Positions 16,004-27,100 of a stretch of DNA of 43,981 nt are shown piece after piece. Position 1 is the stretch's first letter; each line of letters opens with the position of its first letter. Below the pieces are notes generated by a model, which was given only the letters and a program-made list of their open reading frames with translations, made no database searches and was not told the origin of the DNA. A program made the translations under genes and the position numbers. This stretch comes from a virus (Duplodnaviria; Caudoviricetes), in the IMG/VR virus record IMGVR_UViG_3300012663_000778, positions 1 to 43,981 of that record; one strand, given 5' to 3'.

Positions 16004-16570
16004 ATGGCCAATCTAGTAACCAAAGCAGAATATAAAGCTTATGCAGGTATATCTAGTACTACGCAAGATACTTTAATTGACTTCTTAATTCCAAAAATAT
16101 CAGATGCTGTAAGAATTTTTTGTAGAAACCCACTATTGGACTCTCAAGAAAGTATTTCAGAGATATTTGAAGGCGGTAATGCAATATTAGTACCCTCAAG
16201 CGGGCCTGTAGCATCAATTGCTTCAGTACAATATTCAACCGATTATGGTAAAACATTTACAGACATGGTTCAGTACATAGATTGGATTTATGTACAAAAA
16301 GAACAAGTAATTAAATGTGTATATAACTCTGTATTCCAGCTTAGACCTGCAGGATATAAAGTAACTTACCTTGCCGGAAATGATGGATGCCCAGAAGGAT
16401 TAAAGCTAGGAGTATTAGAGTTTATTTCGTATTATATGCGACATGAAAGCACAGTTCACTCTAATGCAGCTCCAGGCGGTTCAAGTGGACAAATAGAATA
16501 CATAATGAACAGTAAACTACCGGCATCAATTCAGCGTATCTTTGATCAGTACGCATTAACGGTAAATTAA
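16004..16570 (+). CDS. head completion / head-tail connector protein
   Basis: LVTKAEYKAYAGI..D.LI..YKVTYLAG..PEGLKL (gp6-like); follows the capsid gene. Confidence 0.75.
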   Translation: MANLVTKAEYKAYAGISSTTQDTLIDFLIPKISDAVRIFCRNPLLDSQESISEIFEGGNAILVPSSGPVASIASVQYSTDYGKTFTDMVQYIDWIYVQKEQVIKCVYNSVFQLRPAGYKVTYLAGNDGCPEGLKLGVLEFISYYMRHESTVHSNAAPGGSSGQIEYIMNSKLPASIQRIFDQYALTVN

Positions 16571-16571
16571 T

Positions 16572-18176
16572 ATGTCAGTAGCGGAATTCAGTCAAACTCT
16601 CAGAGATAGAATTTTTAGTAAATTTAATCAGATTAAAACAAGAAATTTAAGAGATGATTATAGTAAATTAGTAGAATCTGAAAAGTTTCGTAAGAAATAT
16701 GAAGCCGCCAAACAAGGTGCTTCTTCAGTAATTACTGAAGGCTCCTTAAACAAGTTAATAAGTGACTTAAACAAAGATATAGAAAACGATACTCTAAGAT
16801 CAGCTACACAAAAGTTTTTAAAGAGTATATCTTTACCAAGATTTATAAACTATATACAAAGCACTACTTATTTCGATAAACTAGTAACAAGAATTCCAGG
16901 AGAATTTAGACTAGAGTCTGTGCCACAAGAAACCCTACGTAAACTATTCATAGAGTATATAGAAATAGAGTTAAGCACTTTTGGGTTGCCTCATGCAACT
17001 GAAGTAGCAGTATATGAACATATTACTCATCATATACAGTCAGGACACTTAGCAGGAGTTTTTTCTCTACGTCTTAAAGAAGCACTATTTTTAAATGTAA
17101 CAAATACAGGCACAGGATACAGAGACTTTAAACTAGATCTAGGCGAGGGAGTAGATAAAACCTCTATAGATACCTTAGAAAGAATAATGAAAGTAGTACT
17201 AGATGCAGACTACTTAACTAGTAATGTTGTAGACAAAGAAAGTATATTTGCAAGAGCAACTAAAACTGTTCTAGGTAATAAACCTTACTTAGAAGTAGAA
17301 CTACAGTATAAAAGAGATAATGAAGAAGCCGGTAAATTGTTAGCAACTACGGGCAAATATTTAAACGATTTAATTAAAACTATATCTTCAAAAACCGGAA
17401 GATCAGATAAAGATGCTACCGATAGTTTTAAAAAATTAATAATTAGTTTAAAACCTTTAACTGAAGTAGTTATAGCTAAAGCAGCTGAACTACAAAGTAC
17501 ACCTTCTAGCCGAGATTTAGCTAACTTAATAGCTGGAGATGCTAGAGCTTTAAATCAATTAGCAAGTTCTTTAGTAAATACTAAAGGCTCTCCGTCTTTA
17601 AAAGAATCAATTAGTAAAAATATAGCAAGTATAATAAAATCTGGAAAAACTTTAGAAGCAATTACTACTAAAGTAACTGAAAAAGTATCAAAAACCAGTA
17701 AAGATAAAGACGTTGAAGCATTAAATAAAACTTTCAAACAAGTAGGTAAAGCACTTAAGCAAGCTCATGCCCAAATAAGTAAGCATAATAAAATATCAGG
17801 AACTAAAGCAGTATCAGCTATACAGCCATCTGCTGCATTACAGCGCATGCCTTCTATGACCTCTTTGCAGGCATATATTAATGAAAATTTACAAAGTGTA
17901 ATTTCAGCTAATATGGGTTCAGGTGCAGAACGTAATATTTTAAACTATCGTACAGGAAGATTTGCTGAGTCTGCTAAGGTGACTTCACTTTCACAAAACA
18001 GACAAGGTTTGATAACTGCTTTTTATACGTATATGAAAAATCCATATCAAACTTTTGAACCTGGATTTAAACAAGGTAGCCCTACATCAAGAAGTCCCAA
18101 ATTGCTTATTTCTAAGTCAATTAGAGAAATTGTAGCAAATAAGGTAAGTAATAACTTGAGGGCACAAGCACTATGA
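16572..18176 (+). CDS. tail completion protein (T5 p143-like C-terminus) with a long N-terminal extension
   Basis: C-terminal LNYRTGRFAES..YMKNPYQTFE..PKLLISKSIRE; lies between the head completion and terminator genes. Confidence 0.6.
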   Translation: MSVAEFSQTLRDRIFSKFNQIKTRNLRDDYSKLVESEKFRKKYEAAKQGASSVITEGSLNKLISDLNKDIENDTLRSATQKFLKSISLPRFINYIQSTTYFDKLVTRIPGEFRLESVPQETLRKLFIEYIEIELSTFGLPHATEVAVYEHITHHIQSGHLAGVFSLRLKEALFLNVTNTGTGYRDFKLDLGEGVDKTSIDTLERIMKVVLDADYLTSNVVDKESIFARATKTVLGNKPYLEVELQYKRDNEEAGKLLATTGKYLNDLIKTISSKTGRSDKDATDSFKKLIISLKPLTEVVIAKAAELQSTPSSRDLANLIAGDARALNQLASSLVNTKGSPSLKESISKNIASIIKSGKTLEAITTKVTEKVSKTSKDKDVEALNKTFKQVGKALKQAHAQISKHNKISGTKAVSAIQPSAALQRMPSMTSLQAYINENLQSVISANMGSGAERNILNYRTGRFAESAKVTSLSQNRQGLITAFYTYMKNPYQTFEPGFKQGSPTSRSPKLLISKSIREIVANKVSNNLRAQAL

Positions 18177-18616
18177 CTCGTAGAACATCTATTGTAAAAG
18201 CAATTGCTGAAAAAATGCAAGTGCAATTAAACGGGATTACTTATCCATCAAATGTTTATGGTAATGCCTATCCCTCATTAAAGTTTTGGGATGAAGTAAA
18301 TGATTTCCCTTGTGTATACATGAGTCCTGGCACTGAAATTCGTCAATATGAACTTTCAGCATTTGCCTGGGGATTAATGAATGTAAGCATAAAGGTTTAT
18401 GCCCGTGGAGAAGACGCTCAACTACAACTTGAACAGTTGCTAGAAGATATTGAGAAACTACTAGAGAGTAATAAAAATCTAGTATATGACGCCACAAAAG
18501 ATCTGATAACTACTGAAATCTTAGTAGTATCTATAACAACAGATGAGGGGCTTTTAAAACCTTATGCTGTTGGAGAAATTAACATACAAGTACGTTATCA
18601 AGTTATGTATGTATAA
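18173..18616 (+). CDS. tail terminator protein
   Basis: RTSIVKAI..KFWDEVNDFP..SITTDEGLL.PY.VGEI; precedes the tail tube gene. Confidence 0.75.
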   Translation: MTRRTSIVKAIAEKMQVQLNGITYPSNVYGNAYPSLKFWDEVNDFPCVYMSPGTEIRQYELSAFAWGLMNVSIKVYARGEDAQLQLEQLLEDIEKLLESNKNLVYDATKDLITTEILVVSITTDEGLLKPYAVGEINIQVRYQVMYV

Positions 18617-18717
18617 GTAGCCATAAGGCTATTAACAAATCGTATCCTAACGCACCAATCACAGATAAATATCTAGTAATGTGTCCGCAGGATGCACAAA
18701 ATTAAAGGAATTAGATA

Positions 18718-20130
18718 ATGGCAGCAACATTTAATCTAGTAAGAAATAGTAGAGTATTCTACACTACTAACGTAAACGCAAGTACCGGTGTAGTAGCCGC
18801 TTCTGGCTTTACTACTGGAAATACATTTGAACTACAAGTTCTAGATGGATTTACATTCGGTCAAACTTCAAACGCAGACACAATCACAATTTCTGAAGCA
18901 GGCTCTTCACCAACACGTGGTCAGCGTTCTTTCAATACAAGTCTAGGACAGGCAGATTTCTCATTCTCCACCTATATTAGACCATCCAAAGCAACTGCTG
19001 TAAAATGTGAAGAATCTGTATTATGGAACTCTTTACTAGGCTCTACAGCTATTGGTGCAGCAGATGCAGTTGCGGTTGACTACACAGCAGCTTTAACAAC
19101 TCCTACAGCAGTAGCTTACGTAAGTGGTACACTAACAGTTACAGGCGCTACAGGTGACTTAGTAGTTGGTGAAACAGTTATGATGACTGGTCACGTAACA
19201 GCTGATCACAATACAGCTATTCGGATCACTGCAGTTACTGCAGGTACAAGCTGGCAAGGTCAGTGGATATCAAATCCTGCTACACCAAGCACAACAGCCG
19301 CAGATTATGACAACGTAATCTTACGTAGAACAGCTTGGAATGAGCAAGGAACTACATATGCTGAAGTTACAACAGGCTTAAGTAATAAAAATCAACTAGT
19401 TAAGTTTGGTATGATTATGGTAGTTGATTCAATTACTTATGTAATTGATAACTGCTGTTTAAATCAAGCAGACATTCAGTTTAGCTTAGACGGTATTGCT
19501 ATGATAGCTTGGACAGGAATGGGAACAGCCCTGCGTCAAATTGCAACTACAGCCGTATTTGCTACTTCTTCACCATTTGCAATCACTGGTGGTTTAACTG
19601 GTAACTATACATATAAGAATACTACTGCTGATTTTATTACTAATAAACTAAGCACTGTTACCTTAAAAACAGGTATCAAAGGTACTGGAACTGCATATAA
19701 CTTAGCCCTAACAGGCGGACAAGTAACAATTAACAATAATGTTACTTACTTAACACCAGCTAATCTTGGTGTAGTTAATCAGCCAGTAGGATACTACACA
19801 GGTACTCGTGCTATTTCAGGTAATGTAACAGCTTACTTACGTACAGGCAGCACAAATACTGCAGGTTTACTAAGCACTCTATTAGCAGCATCTTCTACAT
19901 CAGCCGGTATTGAGCCACAGTATCAATTAATTGTATACATCGGTGGAGCTTCTGCTACGACCCGTGTTGAACTAGAAATGCCGATGGCGTTTGTACAGAT
20001 TCCATCAATTGATGCTCAAGCTGTTCTATCAACTACAATCAACTTTACTGCTGAAGGTCACGCAAATGACGCAAGCGGTATTGATATCGAAAATACTAAT
20101 GAACTAGAAGTTCGTTACTACCGCGCATAA
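18718..20130 (+). CDS. major tail tube protein (T5 pb6-like)
   Basis: NLVRNSRVF..LQVLDGFTFGQ..FSFSTYIRP..TGTRAISG; strong RBS; followed by a terminator and the chaperones. Confidence 0.85.
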   Translation: MAATFNLVRNSRVFYTTNVNASTGVVAASGFTTGNTFELQVLDGFTFGQTSNADTITISEAGSSPTRGQRSFNTSLGQADFSFSTYIRPSKATAVKCEESVLWNSLLGSTAIGAADAVAVDYTAALTTPTAVAYVSGTLTVTGATGDLVVGETVMMTGHVTADHNTAIRITAVTAGTSWQGQWISNPATPSTTAADYDNVILRRTAWNEQGTTYAEVTTGLSNKNQLVKFGMIMVVDSITYVIDNCCLNQADIQFSLDGIAMIAWTGMGTALRQIATTAVFATSSPFAITGGLTGNYTYKNTTADFITNKLSTVTLKTGIKGTGTAYNLALTGGQVTINNNVTYLTPANLGVVNQPVGYYTGTRAISGNVTAYLRTGSTNTAGLLSTLLAASSTSAGIEPQYQLIVYIGGASATTRVELEMPMAFVQIPSIDAQAVLSTTINFTAEGHANDASGIDIENTNELEVRYYRA

Positions 20131-20141
20131 GCGGATTTTAC

Positions 20142-20173
20142 AGGTGCCGGCTTGATCATCGGCACCTCTTTTT
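20142..20173 (+). terminator. intrinsic terminator after the tail tube gene
   Basis: AGGTGCCGG-loop-TCGGCACCT-CTTTTT. Confidence 0.7.
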
Positions 20174-20201
20174 AGTGTTATTATAATAGGATAAAAAACC
20201 A

Positions 20202-20633
20202 ATGTCAACAGCAGCACCTGCTCTATCATTAAAATCATTACTAGTACCCAGCAAAACAGTCGAAGTAGACTATCCTGGACTTAATGGATTCAAAGTCAAT
20301 GTAGTATTCTTGTCAAGAGAGAAACTTGTTGAAATTCGAAAGAAAGCAACAAAGACAGCTTGGAAGAATCGTCAAGCGACCGATGAACTAGACGATAAGT
20401 TGTTTTTACAACTTTACGTAAATGCTTGTATCAAAGGCTGGAAAGGCCTAAAACTAAGTTATCTTGAGCAATTAGCTCCAGTAGACTTATCAGGACAAGA
20501 TCTAGAAAGCGAACTGCAGTACGATCAAGACAACGCCCTATTCTTAATGCAAAGTTCTGCAAATTTTGACGCCTTTATTTCGGAAACTGTTAGCGAGCTA
20601 GCAAATTTCACGAAGACCAGTACATCGAACTAA
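20202..20633 (+). CDS. tail assembly chaperone (gpG-like)
   Basis: Lies between the tube and tape measure genes; IKGWKGL motif; slippery heptamer near the 3' end. Confidence 0.8.
   Translation: MSTAAPALSLKSLLVPSKTVEVDYPGLNGFKVNVVFLSREKLVEIRKKATKTAWKNRQATDELDDKLFLQLYVNACIKGWKGLKLSYLEQLAPVDLSGQDLESELQYDQDNALFLMQSSANFDAFISETVSELANFTKTSTSN
20603..20609 (+). other. -1 programmed ribosomal frameshift site A AAT TTC
   Basis: Correctly phased X XXY YYZ. The -1 frame opens right after TAG at 20591 and is continuous with ORF 20675..20998. Confidence 0.75.
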
Positions 20634-20674
20634 ATAGGTTACTAAAGTCTTACTTTGATAATAGTAGCCTTAAA

Positions 20675-20998
20675 ATGACAAAAGAAGCATATTTTGAAAT
20701 GTGCGAAGCATTAGGTAGTGAGCCTGTTGAGTCTGAAATTCCAGTGGATTTCGAAGACTTACCAGATGAAGTACAGTATGCATTTGGAGTTTATGGTAAA
20801 TTAAGAGATGAGTGGGACGGGTTTAACGGAGTATATCTTGGAAAAAATTTCACAGCTATATTCGATATATTTGATATATTAGATGTGCCGGTCGAAAACA
20901 AGCGCGGATTATTTGAGTTAATATCAATAATTGATATTCACAGGTCTAATGCAATAGCACAGGCCAAAGAAGCTAAAAAGTCAGAGCAATCAAAATGA
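20675..20998 (+). CDS. tail assembly chaperone C-terminal part (gpT-like, probably reached by frameshift)
   Basis: Frame open from 20594; no clear RBS before the ATG at 20675. Confidence 0.75.
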   Translation: MTKEAYFEMCEALGSEPVESEIPVDFEDLPDEVQYAFGVYGKLRDEWDGFNGVYLGKNFTAIFDIFDILDVPVENKRGLFELISIIDIHRSNAIAQAKEAKKSEQSK

Positions 20999-20999
20999 G

Positions 21000-21033
21000 A
21001 AACCCCTATATCGAAAGGTATAGGGGTTTTTTT
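21000..21033 (+). terminator. intrinsic terminator
   Basis: AAACCCCTATATC-GAAA-GGTATAGGGGTTT-TTTT. Confidence 0.85.
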
Positions 21034-21055
21034 ATGGGTTAAAAAAATTTGCTTA

Positions 21056-21084
21056 TTGACTTCTGGGTGCCAGCGTGCTATAAT
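21056..21084 (+). promoter_or_regulatory. sigma70 promoter for the tape measure gene
   Basis: AAAAAAATTT tract, then TTGACT-17 bp-TATAAT with TGn. Confidence 0.8.
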
Positions 21085-21137
21085 GTGGAGGATAAAATAA
21101 TATTACATTGTTTTAAAAGATGTTTATTGGAGGCCGC

Positions 21138-24100
21138 ATGGCAACAGAACAATCAACGATTGAAGTAAACGTACTCACCAAGGGCTTAACTGAAGCCACG
21201 GCGAGTGCGCAGAAATTACATGATATAATGAAGGCAACTTCGAACATAGCCGCGAATATTCGTATTCCTACGGCTGTTCAGGCTGCCCAAGAACAAGTAG
21301 CTGCTACAAATACCAGAAGATCTTCACCAGTTATGGCCTCGCCAAAACCAAAAGGCGGAGGCGGTGGTAATGAATATGGTACTGCAAGAGGTACTGTAGG
21401 CACAGGTGCTGAAGGCCGAGACTTCGCTAAACAAGCACAAGGTCTTGGTGGATTAGTACACGTTTACGCAACATTTGCTGCTAACTTATTTGCTGTTTCA
21501 GCAGCGTTTTCAGCACTTTCAAAAGCAGCAGATACTACGAACATTATTAAAGGCTTAGATCAACTAGGTGCTCAAAGTGGTAGATCTCTTGGCGGAGTCG
21601 CCAAGGCTATGGTTGAAGTTACTGGTGGTGCATTAAGTTTAAGAGAAGCAATGACTTCTACAGCGCTTGCAAGTTCTGCAGGCATGACTAATGCTGCTAT
21701 GATAAGAATGACTGAAGTAGCTAAAAAGGCTAGTTTGGCTCTTGGTAGAGATATGGGCGATTCTATGGATCGTCTTACAAAAGGTATTGCTAAAGTTCAG
21801 CCCGAACTATTAGACGAACTTGGTATTATGGCCAGGGTTATTCCTTCTCAAGAAAAATATGCAAGAGAATTAGGTAAATCGGTTAGTGCTTTAACTGACT
21901 TTGAAAAGAAGCAAGCATTTGCTAATGCTGTATTAGAAGAAGGTGAAAGAAAATTTAGTTCAATTAATATTGATACTAATCCTTATACACAACTTTCAGC
22001 AAGTTTAGCTAACGTAGCGCAGACTGGCTTAGAGTTAGTAAATACCGTACTTGGACCCTTAGCCTCAAGCTTAGCAAAAAGTCCAACAGCATTAGGATTA
22101 GCACTTACAGGTATTGCCGGTATATTATTAAAACAAGCCATTCCAGCACTAGGGCAGTATAAGAAAAGTCTTGAAGCAGTAAATGCAGATAACTTGAAAA
22201 AAGTTTCTGAAATGCAGAAGATTCAAGGTGAAGCTGGATACGATTACGATACTAAAATCGTAGGAGAACGTGCACGCAAAAAGTACTTGATACAAAAAGA
22301 CTATGCAAATAAAACTTTAGACGAACAGAAAAAGATAGCACTTGAAGCAGATAAAGTTGGAGGAGATGCAGCCCAAGCCTCAGCAGCTAGAGCAACTAGT
22401 TTACTAGGTCACGAAACGACAACTAATAAAATTCGTGACAGAATGTATCAAACCGCTGCTATAAGTGGTGCAAAATATAATGTAAGCCAAACTCAAGGTG
22501 CTTACGGAATGACTGCAGCATTTTCACAACTAAGTGAAGAGATGACAAAACTTCAATCTAAAACTAATACTATTGATGTTGGTGGTGGATTGATGCGCCA
22601 AGTCCCTGCAATTAATAAATTTAGCGCAGCACTAGTAGGTATATCCGGAGCCATAGCTATTATAGGAACTACAATAGGTACTTTAATAAATCGTTTCGCA
22701 CCATGGATTATAGCAATTACAGCTTTTGCATCTGCTGTATCGTTTTTAATAGATTACTTTAAAACAGCTACTACAGCAGTAAATGCTTCAGCAAAAGCCC
22801 TTGAAGGAATAACCACAGCAGCTAAAACCATAGGCGATACTCTTGATGCTATAGAGAAAAAACCATTTTTAGAGCAAATTAGTAATGCATCTGTACAAGC
22901 TAAAGCTGCGGCCATAAATGAACTTAGTTCAAGCTTAGGGCTACTAGTAAAACGCAATAAAGAAGCCAGTGAAAAAGTAGCAAAAGGTAGTTATGCGGAT
23001 TCAATTGGAGATCAACGCTTGACTTTCCGTTTAGATAGAGCCTATAAGGTAGGAGATGCCTATACAAGTAATTTAGGTAAAGAACTAGCAGATGGAACAC
23101 AACAAGCATTAGTTGCAGCTTCTAAGTTAATAGTAGGTAGCGCAGAAGAAGCAACCTACAGAGCCAGTATTAAGAATATATTAGGTATATCATATAGCGA
23201 CTCAGATAATTTAGAAAAACAACTGAAAAATATACCAGACGAATTAATTAAGAAATTACCTAAATTACAAAAATCTTTAGAGGATACCAATAAAGCTATA
23301 AATAATGCAGCGTCCGCAGGTAAAGAGCTTGATGACGCTTGGACCGCAGCTACAAAGACTTTTGATAATTTAATAACTAGCTTAGCTATAACTGATCCAC
23401 TTGGTAAATTAGGTGATGAGACTATTAAAGTTGGTATAGCCATGACTAAGGCTTTTGAAGATCCTGCAAATAAATTAGCAGAATTAAGCAAGACTTCCAA
23501 AGATATGTCTAGACTAAGATTTATGTCTCCTGAAACTGCAAAAGACATGATGTTATTTGCTGAACGACTAGAAGAATCGGCCAAAAAAGTAGATAAGCTA
23601 AAAGATAAATTAAAAATCTCTAGAGAAAACGAAAATAAGTCTTCTAAAGAAGTTGGGATGTTTGGAAAAGTCACAGACTTTTTAGGGATTACAGATAATC
23701 CTGGTGACCTAAAGAAAGCACAGCAAGAATCTAAAAATATTCAGTCGCAGATTAATGCTGAAGCTAATAAAGTAGAATATCAAGACTTATACTTAAAATC
23801 TCAAGACGAAGTATTCTCCAGAGGTGCAAAACTTGTAGAAGTTTCTATTAGCCAAGCATTTGCTAAAGCAAATATTGCACTATCTCAAACAATTTTAGCT
23901 AACGCTGGAAATACCAAACAAGGAATAGATGCATTAGCAGATTTAGCAAAACAACAAATTGATGTTGAATCAGCCAATCTTAACGTAATGGTTGAATTAG
24001 CAAGAGCTACTAATGAACTAGCTAAAATTCAGGAAGAATTATTAATTGCAGAAAAACGTAAGCAATTAAACCCAAATGATGCTGATTTTAATAAACAGTC

Positions 24101-27100
24101 AAGTAAGCTCACAGAGAGAGCCATTGTATTAGAAGCATCTAGAGAACAAAAAAGTTTTAAAGATACTACTAGAGATTTAAATAGTACAAATCCAATAGAC
24201 AGACAGGCTGCTCAAAGAAACTATGGGTTAGTATCCATTATAGAATCAACAAGAGCACAACTAGCTTTAAACACAGCTAAAAAACAAGGTATACAAATTG
24301 ATGCTGAAGGTAAAAAAATATTACTTGATATTGATGGAATTATCCGTCGTAATGATTTAATATCAAAAGGTTTAAGCTTAAAGTCTGCAGAATTAGGTCT
24401 TCTTGCTCAAAGTTCTCAATATGAAAGTGAAGCTGCAGTATTGCAAAAACAAAGTCTTGAGCGCAGTATTACAGATCTTGCACAAGAAAAAGAGAGACTA
24501 AGCATAGTTGGTCAAATAAGAGACGCAGAAATGCGTGCTAGTAAGGCAACAGATCCAAAAGCTAAAGCCGCAGCTAATGCCAGCGTACTAAAGTTTAGAA
24601 ACGATCTAGCTGATAAAGAAAAACAGATTGCAATGGATGTTCAAATACTGGATCTTAAAAATATCCAAGAACTAAAAAATGCAAAAATTGCAGAATTTAA
24701 CTACTTAAAGGATTTTCAGCTATTAAATAATACAATTAATACTGAAAGTTTATCAGCAATTCAATCTACTACTAGTTTATATTTAGACTTTGTACAACAG
24801 CAAAAGGCCAGTATAGAATTAAGTAACTTAAAACTTAATTTTGATAAGCAGTCTAACGCAGAGTTACAAAATCAAATTATATTACAAGATCGACTAAATA
24901 AACTCAGAGCAGATTCTAAATCCGACCCCGAAACAATATTAATAGCACAAGAGGCACTATCAAAGTCTACAGCAAAAATAGCTCAAACTCAGATGAAGTA
25001 CGAAGCTGATGTTGCCAACGTCAACATTAAAAATCAAAAGCTAAGATTAGACGGATTGGAATCAATACGTAAAAGACAAGCAGATTTAGCTTTTTCAGAA
25101 ATAGAAAGCGCTAATAAAATAGCTCTTATTAAACTAGATGCAGAAGATAAGTTAATTCAGGCAAAACTAAGTTTAGGTAGAATTTCTGAAACTACAGCTG
25201 CCAGAATGACAGCAAAACTTGCTCAAGATAGATTTGAGAAAGAACTAGATCTTCAAAGTAAAGCAGAGAAAAAACTTCAAGAAGAAGAATTTAATGCTAA
25301 ACTAGCTAGAGCAGATCAGCTAAATAGTGCTTTAACTGAACTCAATAGGCAGCAAGAAACTGAACGTGTAGAAGCAGCACGTAAAGCCCAAGAAGAGATT
25401 GACAAACTTAGAAAAACACCAGTTTCTATACCTGGACAAGATATACCAGGATCTAAGTCTCAAGATGTCATTGACACTGGTATAGCTCAACAAGTAGAAA
25501 AGCTTAATAATCTTCAAGAAGTTCAAAACAAGAAAGCTCAAGAAACAAGAAACAATTTTGCACTACAAGATAGTGAAGCTACTAGTGCTGCAAATAGACG
25601 CGTAGCTGAACAAAGTGCTTTAAATACGCTTAAAAAGCAAGAGTTACAGTACGCATTTCAGATTGGTGAACAACAAGCTAAAATTAACCAACTATCTAAA
25701 GACCAAGCTTTCTACACAGAAATGGCAGAATCAGCTGCAAAAAGTTTTGCAGCAGGATTAACAGATGCTGGTAAAGCTATGGGTGATGTAATTAAGTTAT
25801 TTGCACAAACTGCAACAATAACAGAAAAATATAATATCGAAAGACTTAATGCTGAAAAAGCCATAGCAGATAAAGCAGGAAAAACAGCAGAAGATCAGAA
25901 AAGAGATGTAACAAATCTTAATCAATTAGATGCAAAGTACTATGCAAGTAAGCTTGATGGGGCCGCTAGTATAGCTAGTGCTTCTGCAGGTTTATTTGAT
26001 AAAGATAGTAAAGCTTATAAACAGTTGATGAGTTTAGAAAAAGCATTTCACTTAATGAAAATTGCTGGCATGGTATTTCAACAAGCTATGTTCCTAAAAG
26101 ACTGGGTTGTTAGAATGACTAGTACAAAAGCAGAGATGGCTTTAACTGGTACTAAAAATGCCACTGATACTGGAAGCTCAATGTTTGGTAGCTTGGGTAA
26201 AATGTTTGGTTTTGGCAAATCGGGATCTGGAGCAGGTGCTGTAATAGATGCTGGTGCCACAGATATGAGTCTAGGTCAAGCAGGTGCTGCTGCAGTAGGC
26301 CAAGGAGCCAGTACTACAGCAGTAGGAGCAGCAGGAACCACAGCAGGAGCAGCAGGAGCAGCAGGAGCAAGTGGCATGGGTGCAAGTCTAATGGCCGCAG
26401 GCCCTTATGTATTAGCAGCAGTTGCTGTATACAAGCTACTTGGGCTTGGTGATAAAAAACCACCAGGACCAACTCCTGAAGAACTAGCTGCAGTTAGTGG
26501 TACTGGTATGCGCTATAATGCAGCTGGTAAACTAGAAGCATCAGGTACGGGTGCTTTAGGAGATGCTAAAGCAGCTAATGAAGGCATAGAAAAAAGTATT
26601 GATTATTTAACTAAAATAAATTACGAAAACTTACAGTTTGATAAAAATAAAGCCTTAGTAGCCTTAGAAGCTATTAGAGATAATACTGAAAACTTTGTAA
26701 AATCAATCGGAGCAACCGGTAAAATAGGTGATATGACTGCAGGCGGAGTAGAGCTTAGCAAGAAAAGCGGTGCTTTAGGATTTAGTTCCAGCTCAACTAG
26801 TTTAGCAGCTAGTGGTGTAATTATAAAAGGTACTATTGGTGAAATTGCTGACGGACTAGGCGGATCTGTTAAAAAGTTTGAAGATATTAGAACACAGACC
26901 AGTAAGTGGTGGGGCTTAAAAACCAGAACTAGTATAAACCGTACAGAAACAGAAGTATCCAATGATGCAAAAGAGTTCATACAAGCCACAGTAGGTAGTT
27001 TTAGAACAGCAATTCAAGCGTCAGCAGCTGCATTTGGTCAAGATGGTGGACTACTAAAACCAATTATTGATCAATTAGATATCAGCTTTACCGCATATCA

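Noticed and set aside
20152-20187. Promoter before the tail chaperone (TATAAT at 20182)
   Set aside because: No -35 at a proper spacing and no TGn extension; it overlaps the terminator and RBS region.
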